Source of the DNA: Spirochaetota bacterium
Lineage (GTDB): Bacteria > Spirochaetota > UBA4802 > UBA5550
NCBI GenBank assembly: GCA_963664815.2
Contig: CAXXHB010000003.1
Coordinates: 832,001 to 896,000, forward strand
Direction: 5' to 3'
Length of the DNA stretch: 64,000 nt
Shown: piece by piece, positions 10,289-19,086 of the stretch
Numbering within the stretch: the first letter of the stretch is position 1
Layout: each line of letters opens with the position of its first letter
Notes under the pieces: generated by a model
What the model was told of the DNA's origin: nothing
Seen by the model: only the letters and a program-made list of their open reading frames with translations
The model's database searches: none
Program-made: the position numbers and the translations under genes

Positions 10289-10906
10289 TCAGTCTGTCAG
10301 CCATTTCACCTCGTAAGAGTCTATGGGACACCTTGCCCCGATAATTTTAAGTCTCCCCTCCTCAACCATTTTTTTACAGACAGGCTCAAGTTTTTTCAGG
10401 TATTTTACCGTGTCAATTATATGACGGTCAATTGCATTTGAGACTTTATCTCCATCCATGTCTTTTGTCTTTTCCACAGCGTGGAAGATGTTTTCAAGAA
10501 CATTAAATACATGGCCCCTGACTTCCGTGTGATTCACCGCTGCCGTGACAGCCCCGCAGTTATCGTGACCCATGACAACTATAAGCGGCACGTTGAGATG
10601 TTCAACGGCATACTCAATGCTGCCGGCTGCGTCACTCCCTATTACATGTCCCGCTGTCCGTACAACAAAAAGATCACCTTCGCGGTTAGCGAAGATTATT
10701 TCCGGAGGAAAACGCGAATCGGAGCAGCTTACTATAATTGCAAATGGATGCTGCCCCTCTGTAAGTTTTTTCCTCTGCTCAATATATTTTGGTCCCCTCT
10801 CGGGATCCTCCGCATGCCTTCTCATTATAATGAGCCTTCTGCGGTTTCCGATATTCAGCAGTTCAATAGACTTCTCTGAAGTAAAACGCTGTACCACGTG
10901 ATCCAT
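10289..10906 (-). CDS. Beta-class carbonic anhydrase
   Basis: CSDSR, GDLFVVRTAG, SIEYAV, HDNCGAV zinc-ligand motifs. Confidence 0.92.
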   Translation of the reverse strand: MDHVVQRFTSEKSIELLNIGNRRRLIIMRRHAEDPERGPKYIEQRKKLTEGQHPFAIIVSCSDSRFPPEIIFANREGDLFVVRTAGHVIGSDAAGSIEYAVEHLNVPLIVVMGHDNCGAVTAAVNHTEVRGHVFNVLENIFHAVEKTKDMDGDKVSNAIDRHIIDTVKYLKKLEPVCKKMVEEGRLKIIGARCPIDSYEVKWLTD

Positions 10907-10942
10907 AGGAATCCCCCGTTGTTATTTTATTTAAAAAACGTA

Positions 10943-11046
10943 AATTCCTTAATATATATTTTAATATAAAATAAGTGATTCTATTCCAGCGCCGCCTCCG
11001 GTGGCGTTGGAATAGAGCATTTTCTACTAAACGAAGTTAAGGAATT
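10943..11046. repeat. AT-rich dispersed element, copy B
   Basis: Perfect 10-bp TIR AATTCCTTAA...TTAAGGAATT with central hairpin TCTATTCCAGCGCCGCC-TCC-GGTGGCGTTGGAATAGA. Confidence 0.7.
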
Positions 11047-11134
11047 ATTATTAATTTAAAGATAATACGAACTGCGGATCAGGCAATCTTTAGTGATAAA
11101 AAAAGCAATATGACATGTTTTATTGAAGAGTATT

Positions 11135-12193
11135 TTAAATACTGACTACCTTAATTGAATTTTTATGATGCCTTTTTTTTGCCCGGGATCTGGTTTCATT
11201 CTTGGTAACAATTTTTTTATGTTTTATATTCTTAAGTGCATGTTTTTTAGCCGGATGAACCGTGGATTTTATCATTGCTTCCTTTTTATTATCTGTTTCT
11301 GTTATAACAGGCATCATGGCTAAATTATCTGCTATTATTTTTTTTATTCTTTCAGGGTAGGTTATAACTGAATTTTTATTCATGTTGCTGCTTTTTTCAT
11401 CAACGGCCTGTGCTGTATTTAAATTTTCAGGGCTGATCTTTGTTTCTGCAACTGCCCCGTTCTCTGAATTTTTGATCATATAGGTTATAAACTCTTTTTG
11501 TCTCGGTTTTGTCATAAGATAGCGGTTAATGTGAAAGTTGTCATCAAGAGGGAGGGATGTCACATTTGGTACTACAGTCATTCCGTATTTATAACCTGCA
11601 TTTTTTGATTCGCTGACAGCGGCATCACAGTTCAGGCCGAACGGATACACCATGGTTTCAATCTTCCTGTTCAGTTTCTCTTCAAGGACTTTCTTTGATG
11701 TATAAATCTCTTTTTTAAAGTCAAAGGGGCTCTTTTTATAAAACTTTTCGGATAAAAAAAGGTGATAATATCCGTGGGATGCGATGTAGCAGCCGTCATC
11801 AGAAAGCTCTTTTACCTGGTTCCAGGTCATGGCATAATGCATCCTGCTGATCACGGCGGGATATATTGCAAGTACCGGTTTTATTCCCAAAGGTTTCATT
11901 ACCGAATAGTATGTCTGGTATACAGAATGATTGCCGTCGTCGATAGTAACAAGAATATTCCTGTTCCCGGAAATTCTGTTGTTTATAACATCTTCAAAGG
12001 AAACAAAATTAAACCCATTATCCTTCAGTCTCCGGAGCTGGCTTCTGAACTGGTCATTTGAAAAAGAGTAGGGGTCCTTTTTTTCCAGGAATGCATGGTA
12101 GCAGAGAATATAAACACTTTCTGAATATGAAGGTGCGGCAAGGATAAACAGTAACAGAGTGGAAATTAATAGCCTGATTTTATTTTTTTTCAC
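11135..12193 (-). CDS. Exported polysaccharide deacetylase (PgaB/IcaB-like) with basic C-terminal tail
   Basis: Signal peptide, ILCYH, VTIDDG, SHGYYH, YPFG. Confidence 0.85.
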   Translation of the reverse strand: MKKNKIRLLISTLLLFILAAPSYSESVYILCYHAFLEKKDPYSFSNDQFRSQLRRLKDNGFNFVSFEDVINNRISGNRNILVTIDDGNHSVYQTYYSVMKPLGIKPVLAIYPAVISRMHYAMTWNQVKELSDDGCYIASHGYYHLFLSEKFYKKSPFDFKKEIYTSKKVLEEKLNRKIETMVYPFGLNCDAAVSESKNAGYKYGMTVVPNVTSLPLDDNFHINRYLMTKPRQKEFITYMIKNSENGAVAETKISPENLNTAQAVDEKSSNMNKNSVITYPERIKKIIADNLAMMPVITETDNKKEAMIKSTVHPAKKHALKNIKHKKIVTKNETRSRAKKRHHKNSIKVVSI

Positions 12194-12534
12194 AGCGGGT
12201 CTCTCTTTTTATCTATATATAGATCTGATCGATAAAAAACCGTTTTATATCAAGCAATTATATATTAATTGCCGGAAAATATTTTTAAAAACGGTTTATC
12301 GTGTATTTTTTAACAATAATGGTGTTCATTAATCCGGAATTTTCTTTTTACTTGACTTAAGAGATTATTCCTCTGTTACAATTATAAACAGGTTGATAAA
12401 ATACCGGCTGATGAACAGCAATGTATTACCATCGACCTCAGCTATTCAGTGAAATAATAATATCCACGACAAAACAATAACCAGGTGTTAAAAGAACCGG
12501 ATATAATTACGGAATTTGTGGAGGTAACTATAGA

Positions 12535-13941
12535 ATGAGAATAAGAATTGCCGAACCTGAAATTGATAAAGATAATCCCTTTCTTCATGATAAGCTGGAG
12601 AGGAAACAGAGTGCAATAGTATTAACACAGCTTTTCGGCAATGTTGACGGGCCTTTTGTCCTCTGCCTTAATTCGGCTTCGGGATCAGGCAAAACAGTTT
12701 TTATAAGGATGCTCAGGCAGCATCTTTTTAATGAGGGATTCCCGTCGATCTATTTTAATGCCCGAGAGTCTGACTACCAGGATAACCCGCTGATGGCATT
12801 TATAGGTGAGATAAATTCAGGTTTTGACGAGTTGAAAAAACAGGGCTTTGAATCTGAAAGAGCAAGAAAAGTATTCAAGAAGATTAAAAAGACCGGAAAG
12901 GATATAGTAAAAAAATCAATCCCCGCTGTTGTTAAAATAGCGTCTCACGGGACACTGGATATAGAAAAGGGAATGGATGATACTTTTTCCGAATTTGTCT
13001 CCGGTGTTCTGGAAGAACAGATAAAAAATTATTCAGCCACAAAAGATCATGTTAAGAAATTCAGAGAACAATTAAAGGAGATGGTTGAAGATCTACAGAA
13101 GAATGAGAATAACAGAGAACAGACAATAAGGCCATTGATTTTTTTTATTGATGAACTGGATCTCTGCAGACCGGATTATGCAATACAGGTACTTGAAAAG
13201 ATTCAACATTTCCTTGAAGTTGAGGGTATAATTATTGTTCTGGGTATGGACATGGAACAGATCGGATATTCAGTTAAAACCGTGTTCGGTCAGAATATGA
13301 AAGAACGGAATTATCTCAGAAAATTTATTGATTTTGAATACAATTTAACATCAGATAATTATACCGGTGAATTGTACTGTGGATATCTGTCAACTGAAAC
13401 ACCCTTAACTGAAATAATAAACAAAAATTCAAATCCTGAAATTTTGACTGAGGAACTGAAATATTCGGCGATGTTAATGGCATCGACATTTTCATTATCA
13501 TTGCGCGATCTGAACCTGCTGTGCAGTTCTGTTTATCTGTTTTTCCTGTCCTGCGAAAATTTAAGAACGGAGGCTGTTTCCCTGTCGGTGATATTGATCT
13601 CTTTAAAAATGCGGCATACAAAGCTGTTCAATCAGGTGATGAATAAAGAGAGAACAGTTCTCTATGTAATTAATGAGTTAAACAAGATAAAAAGAGAAAA
13701 TAATGCCGTTAAAGAATACGATAAGTTTTTTATTGAAAGACGTATCTCTTCACTAAGCTTAAAAAAATTCACTGAAGAGGAATACCAGCACCAGGTGTTA
13801 TCGGGTTCTGTAAATACCAATAATGAACATATCAAAGTATATAAAACAATAAAAGAGAATAACAGATCGGAAAGTGCTGAATTGTTTACAGAAGTGTTGA
13901 TAAAAAGACTAAAGTTTCTCGACTCATTTAAGATTAACTGA
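12535..13941 (+). CDS. KAP family P-loop NTPase
   Basis: DKLER, Walker A SGSGKT, IFFIDELD.CRP, LEKIQH, YLRKFID. Confidence 0.85.
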   Translation: MRIRIAEPEIDKDNPFLHDKLERKQSAIVLTQLFGNVDGPFVLCLNSASGSGKTVFIRMLRQHLFNEGFPSIYFNARESDYQDNPLMAFIGEINSGFDELKKQGFESERARKVFKKIKKTGKDIVKKSIPAVVKIASHGTLDIEKGMDDTFSEFVSGVLEEQIKNYSATKDHVKKFREQLKEMVEDLQKNENNREQTIRPLIFFIDELDLCRPDYAIQVLEKIQHFLEVEGIIIVLGMDMEQIGYSVKTVFGQNMKERNYLRKFIDFEYNLTSDNYTGELYCGYLSTETPLTEIINKNSNPEILTEELKYSAMLMASTFSLSLRDLNLLCSSVYLFFLSCENLRTEAVSLSVILISLKMRHTKLFNQVMNKERTVLYVINELNKIKRENNAVKEYDKFFIERRISSLSLKKFTEEEYQHQVLSGSVNTNNEHIKVYKTIKENNRSESAELFTEVLIKRLKFLDSFKIN

Positions 13942-14058
13942 TCCTATATTGCCAGTTACATCTTCATTTTTAAATCATAAAGTAGTTATTCCAACACTCT
14001 TAAGATATTTGTCCCTGTAATCGTCATAATCCTTTCTGGGCTTATGAACATCCTTATT

Positions 14059-14084
14059 AAAAAAGAGGGGTGCTCCCCTCTTTT
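14059..14084. terminator. Bidirectional rho-independent terminator
   Basis: AAAAAAGAGGGG-TGCT-CCCCTCTTTT between convergent genes. Confidence 0.75.
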
Positions 14085-14097
14085 ACGATAAGAAATA

Positions 14098-14295
14098 TCA
14101 GTTCTTCGGAGCAGCTTTTGGTTTTGCTTTTGCTTTGGGTTTTGATTTTGTTTCTGCTTCTTTTTTCTTCGCAGCAGCCATATCAGTTTTAAGTTTAGCT
14201 ATTGCTGCTGTTTCAGCTTTGATTTCTTTCTGACACTTTGCCACTTTTGCTGTCTTTCTTTTGATTGTGTTTTCAATTTGTTTTGCAGTTGCCAT
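14098..14295 (-). CDS. Small Lys/Ala-rich basic protein (histone-like)
   Basis: 65 aa, AAGGAG RBS, PKAKAKPKA tail, own terminator. Confidence 0.7.
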   Translation of the reverse strand: MATAKQIENTIKRKTAKVAKCQKEIKAETAAIAKLKTDMAAAKKKEAETKSKPKAKAKPKAAPKN

Positions 14296-14519
14296 ATGTA
14301 CTCCTTGTTTTTTATTAAATTATTTATAAATTTATTAACTGGAAAATAATCGTATAACACTTGAAATATCGGAACATCGTTCTTCGGGCTTTAATATATT
14401 CTTTAAATTTTTTACAAACATAGTTCCGGTTGTTCTTCAGCTCAGGTATGAAGACGGTTATTAAAAAAAGGAGTATTATGGTTTATACGGAAGGATGAAT
14501 GAGAAAACAATTGTCAGTT

Positions 14520-15920
14520 TCAGCATGGGAAGAATCGGCTCATTATCCTTTTAACTTCATTTATATTTACCGGTTTTGAGATCAGATCATTCATACCCGC
14601 ACTGTGGAGTTTATCTTTTTCCTCTTTTAAAACTCCGGCTGTGACTGCTATTATAACCGCGTTTCTGCTTTTACCGGAACTCCTTATCTCCAGTGCAGCT
14701 TCGAAGCCGGTTTTCAGCGGCATTATATTATCCATGAAGATAAGATCGTATTCTTTATTTCTGCATCTGTCAACGGCCTCTTCCCCGTTGACGGCGCTAT
14801 CCGTGTGTAATTCAAGTATATTCAGAATTTTATCAAAAAGTCTCATGCTGGTTGAGTTATCTTCGGCAACAAGTATTGAGATATCTTTTCTGAAATTTAT
14901 CCCGTCACTGATAATTCCATTTTCCGGTTCAGCTCCCTGCAGTTCATCAATACCTCTTTCCAGAGTCAATTCGAAACAGAATCGGGAGCCTTTACCATAC
15001 TCGCTTTTAAGAATTATGTCACTCCCCATTTGCCGGACTATCTGTTTGCATATTGTCAGCCCCAGGCCTGTGCCTCCGGTTAGCTCATAAATATTTGATT
15101 TTGACTGTATAAATGGCTCAAACAGGATATCTTTCTCTTCATCTTTGATGCCGATTCCGGTGTCGGAAACAGAGATTAATATCTTTTCCTTTTCTCCTGC
15201 TGATCCTCCATAGACGGCCTCTATTACAATTCCTCCTGTGCTGGTAAACTTTACTGCATTGGAAATCAGGTTATTCAGTACCTGTTTTAATCTCATGGGA
15301 TCACCCATTAGTATGCCGGGAATCGCGTCATCATAATTAATTATAAGATATAATCCTTTCTCTTCTGCTTTAGGTATATTAAGCGAAGAGCTTTCGTTTA
15401 TGATTTTTTTCAGGCTGAAATTCTTTTCCTCGAATATCATTTTCCCCGATTCGATTTTTGAAAGGTCAAGTATGTCATTGACAAGAAAAAGAAGAATATC
15501 GGAGGCGTTTTTTATCTCTCCGGCATATTCTCCCTGCTGTGAATTTAAATCTGTTTTTCCAAGGAGTGACAGGTAACCAATTACCGCATTCATCGGTGTC
15601 CTGATTTCATGAGACATGTTTGCAAGAAATTCACTTTTAAACCTGTCCGATTTCTCGGCTTTTTCTTTTGCAAATAAAAGCTGAAGATTCGCGGATTCAA
15701 GTTCTATAGTTTTTTCATTGAGAACGCTTTTTGCCTTTTCCAGTTCCTCCTTCTGTTCGGTCAGCTGTTTCAGAACAAATTTATAAATATTCTGATACCT
15801 GTCATTTGCCTCTTCGATAAGAATTCTGGATAGCGTGTCCTGCTTAAGCTTTCGTTCAAGCAGTCTGATCTTCTTTTCAAGATCATATATCCTTTTTTTC
15901 TCGTCATCGGCTGCAGGCAT
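14520..15920 (-). CDS. Cytoplasmic hybrid sensor histidine kinase/response regulator
   Basis: H-box FLANMSHEIRTPMN, N/G boxes (NLISNAVKFT, DTGIG, GGTGLGL), C-terminal REC (AEDN...FMD...KP). Confidence 0.93.
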   Translation of the reverse strand: MPAADDEKKRIYDLEKKIRLLERKLKQDTLSRILIEEANDRYQNIYKFVLKQLTEQKEELEKAKSVLNEKTIELESANLQLLFAKEKAEKSDRFKSEFLANMSHEIRTPMNAVIGYLSLLGKTDLNSQQGEYAGEIKNASDILLFLVNDILDLSKIESGKMIFEEKNFSLKKIINESSSLNIPKAEEKGLYLIINYDDAIPGILMGDPMRLKQVLNNLISNAVKFTSTGGIVIEAVYGGSAGEKEKILISVSDTGIGIKDEEKDILFEPFIQSKSNIYELTGGTGLGLTICKQIVRQMGSDIILKSEYGKGSRFCFELTLERGIDELQGAEPENGIISDGINFRKDISILVAEDNSTSMRLFDKILNILELHTDSAVNGEEAVDRCRNKEYDLIFMDNIMPLKTGFEAALEIRSSGKSRNAVIIAVTAGVLKEEKDKLHSAGMNDLISKPVNINEVKRIMSRFFPC

Positions 15921-15937
15921 TGGGTTTACTCTGAGTA

Positions 15938-17098
15938 TTATTCTATCAGCAGACAGACAAATGTTTCGTTGTGGAATATGCTTTTCATGGATGCCTCCGG
16001 GGGTGAAAATTCACCATATGTATAAAAACCGCATATAATAGTATTTTCATCAAGCCTTGATTTCACTATACTGCATTCTTCGTCAGTTCGTGACCCGAGA
16101 ACCGCTCTTCGTGCTGTACATGAAAAGCATATGGCAATGGATGGTTTATTCCCTGACGGGAACTTCATTTTCGCATTCTCCACCGCGGTTATTACGCCGT
16201 CAAGTATAGAATTACGGTCAACAACGGTCAGCTTTACCCTGTAATTTTCAGGGATATTGCCTAAAAAAGTAATTGAACCGTCTTCACCGATATTGTTTTC
16301 AAGAGCAGTCCGGAGGTAAATGAAAGAATTATTCTGGTCGTACACCGCCATGGGCATTTCAATTGATGGAGTGGCTCCATCCCCCAGGAGTCCCCTGTAG
16401 AAATCGATAGCTCTGATGTTGTCAATTTCTTTTATAACATTTTTATCGGAGCTGTTTACTATGCTGAAATTCCCCACCGGGATCCAGCCTGTACCTGTCC
16501 CGAAGGAAAAATCAAAATCTCCGCAGATAATAAGATAAACAGATGTACTCTCCAGTACCGAGTTGCCGTAAAATTGTTTTGTCCCTGTGAAGCTCCAGCT
16601 GTCTCCTGCAGCGCCCCCGAAAACCGGTATTTCACCATAAAATACACTGTTCATGATTTCCAGTGATGTTTCGCTGTTCATGGCGATTCCGTCGGAAAAA
16701 AGAATCCCGAGTTTCGGACTTTTCCCCGTTCTGCTGATTGAACTTTTAATCTCCTTTCTTATATTTTCAATATTGTATTCTTTCATGTCTATTTTGCCAG
16801 GAATAAACTGAATTATATCACTGCTGAACAGTATAAGGAGTATTGAATCCTGTATGTAGCCTGTTTCGGTTGAGAACTCGCCGTCAGTTGTGCATCCTAT
16901 CAGTTCAATATTTTTAAGCTTTTCCGATATTATATTCAGCACCTTCTCATGGTCAACAGCCATACCCATATATATAATCCCTACATCAGGTTTTCTGCCG
17001 TTAAGTTGTGAAAGACATCTTTTTGTTATGTCATTCGTCGCATATTCCGGATCAATATCATCACTCTGCGCCATAGCATAATAAAGTTTTTTGTCCAT
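15938..17098 (-). CDS. FIST N/C domain signal transduction protein
   Basis: IGCTTDGE, FGGAAGD, GW.P.G, SCTARR, GFYTYGE, FHNET. Confidence 0.92.
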   Translation of the reverse strand: MDKKLYYAMAQSDDIDPEYATNDITKRCLSQLNGRKPDVGIIYMGMAVDHEKVLNIISEKLKNIELIGCTTDGEFSTETGYIQDSILLILFSSDIIQFIPGKIDMKEYNIENIRKEIKSSISRTGKSPKLGILFSDGIAMNSETSLEIMNSVFYGEIPVFGGAAGDSWSFTGTKQFYGNSVLESTSVYLIICGDFDFSFGTGTGWIPVGNFSIVNSSDKNVIKEIDNIRAIDFYRGLLGDGATPSIEMPMAVYDQNNSFIYLRTALENNIGEDGSITFLGNIPENYRVKLTVVDRNSILDGVITAVENAKMKFPSGNKPSIAICFSCTARRAVLGSRTDEECSIVKSRLDENTIICGFYTYGEFSPPEASMKSIFHNETFVCLLIE

Positions 17099-17193
17099 CA
17101 GGAATCCCTTATTTTTTATTAATGAGAAGTATATTTAATAATACAATGATAAAAGTCTGTATAATGTTTAATATCAAGTTATTTTTATATATT

Positions 17194-18351
17194 TCAGCAG
17201 AGCAGTTCAATGCCTAAAATACAGACGTCGTCATTAAATTTATCAGAACCTCTGAATTCGATCAGCTTTTCATAAATAGAATTAATGTAATCCTGTATAT
17301 TCATATCTGCATTTTTGTCGAGTGTATCCCGCAGCGTCTGAGTTTCAAAAGCAATACCATCATTGTTTTCAGTTTCTGTAAGACCATCGGTATATATAAT
17401 CAGTTTATCTCCTGAACTGAATGGGACAGTCTGTGTTTCTATAGAAATATCTTTCATTACCCCAAGCATAGGTCCGTCTGCATTCAGTTCAGATATTTCG
17501 TGATTTTGCTGTATCCAGAATGGTCTGTTGTGGCCTCCCCGGGCATATGTAAATGTTTTATTTTTGACATCACATATCCCGTAAAGAGCCGTAAAGTATA
17601 TATCAAGACCAAGATCGACAATACGGCTGTTGATATCATGTAAAAACTCAGCCGGTTCACTCTTGAGTTCTCCGGATGAGTTTATCAGCACGGCAAGTAT
17701 CCCCGTAACAAGGGCCGCACTAACACCATGACCGTTAACATCGGCGATAAATACGCCGAAACGTTCCTCGTTTCTGAATTTTACAAAAGTGAAGAAATCA
17801 CCGCCGATAAGAATCATCGGTTTATAGATTGAATGAATTTTTATTCCGGGGATATCAGGTTTATCTGATATCAGCGCTTTTTGTACAACTGCCGCCAGTT
17901 TGAGATCACGGGTTATCTCCCTGTCCCGTTTCAGAAGCTTTATATTCTGTGATTCAATAATTTCAAAAGCCTGCTTCAGCTGCATAGTCATGCTGTTGAA
18001 TGCATTTGAGAAATCACCCATAAAGTCGACCTGATGGCTGAAATCTCCTGCGGCAATTCTTTTGGTAGTCCACGTAAGATGATTAAGATTTGCCTGTAAA
18101 TTCTTTAAAGCACCGTGTATTTTCATTTTCCCTTTCGGAATTTCATGTGCAAGTTCGCCATTTGAAATAGAGAGAAGAGACTCAGTATAGGAATTGAGCC
18201 CGGTTATTATCTCATTGACTCTGCCTGTAAGTATTTTGATTTTATTATCGGCGCAGCCTTCAGGTATAATCACCGGATCGCTTTTTCCGCCCACCAGCAA
18301 TGCGGCTAATGAATCTGAGATAGCTTCAATTATTTTTATATCATCATTCAT
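17194..18351 (-). CDS. SpoIIE/RsbU-type PP2C phosphatase with HAMP-like N-terminus
   Basis: IGGDFF, IADVNGHGVSAAL, YTDGLTE, DDVCIL. Confidence 0.9.
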   Translation of the reverse strand: MNDDIKIIEAISDSLAALLVGGKSDPVIIPEGCADNKIKILTGRVNEIITGLNSYTESLLSISNGELAHEIPKGKMKIHGALKNLQANLNHLTWTTKRIAAGDFSHQVDFMGDFSNAFNSMTMQLKQAFEIIESQNIKLLKRDREITRDLKLAAVVQKALISDKPDIPGIKIHSIYKPMILIGGDFFTFVKFRNEERFGVFIADVNGHGVSAALVTGILAVLINSSGELKSEPAEFLHDINSRIVDLGLDIYFTALYGICDVKNKTFTYARGGHNRPFWIQQNHEISELNADGPMLGVMKDISIETQTVPFSSGDKLIIYTDGLTETENNDGIAFETQTLRDTLDKNADMNIQDYINSIYEKLIEFRGSDKFNDDVCILGIELLC

Positions 18352-18365
18352 ATGTTAAATTGTCA

Positions 18366-18896
18366 TTAATCTTCAACCTGTATCGCCCTGAATCTGCAAA
18401 CCCGGTCACCGGAACACCAGCAATCTATCTCCCTGACCTGAAAGTTTTTTCCTGTATGTTCCCATAAAAGGCCCCTTATAAAACCTTCATCGTATGTGCA
18501 GATTGCTTCGTCCGAAACCGGTAGTCCGGAACAATCAAGGTCTTCTGCGACTGTCAGCACAAGTTCCATTTTTTCAAGATCAGCTGATTCCATCCTGAGT
18601 ATGCCTATTTTCAGGTTTTTTAACAGCATCTGCAGCTCTTCAATAAATTCGTTCAGGCTCCCCTTTCCGGTTATCATATTCCGGTAAAATTCTCTTCCGG
18701 AGAGATCCCCGGCCTGGTAGAAAATTTTATCTGCAGTCTCTACACCTACCTCTTTAATCAGGGCATCACGAATTGTGTATTGCATCAGGCGATATATGCT
18801 GAGATCAACCGCTGAACCGAGGTTTGGCCTGCCGAGCTCAATATCTCCCAGCATCTCCCATTTAAAATCCTGAGATTCTCTCTCCTCTTTGAACAT
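18366..18896 (-). CDS. V4R domain protein
   Basis: GRPNLG, EDLDCSGLP, CTYDEGFI, EIDCWCSGDRVCRF. Confidence 0.88.
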   Translation of the reverse strand: MFKEERESQDFKWEMLGDIELGRPNLGSAVDLSIYRLMQYTIRDALIKEVGVETADKIFYQAGDLSGREFYRNMITGKGSLNEFIEELQMLLKNLKIGILRMESADLEKMELVLTVAEDLDCSGLPVSDEAICTYDEGFIRGLLWEHTGKNFQVREIDCWCSGDRVCRFRAIQVED

Positions 18897-19086
18897 ATTA
18901 TCCTCAAATTTTTATCAGTTTTATTATAAATATATATAATATGGACGTCTCTTCAATCCGGATGTCTAATTTTCAAATAATTATTTTTAATGATTGAAAA
19001 ATAGTATTAATCATTTAGATTTGTGTGTGAAATATAAGTAAAACAAATAAAATTTACAACAAAATTGAGAGGAGGATTGAATCATT

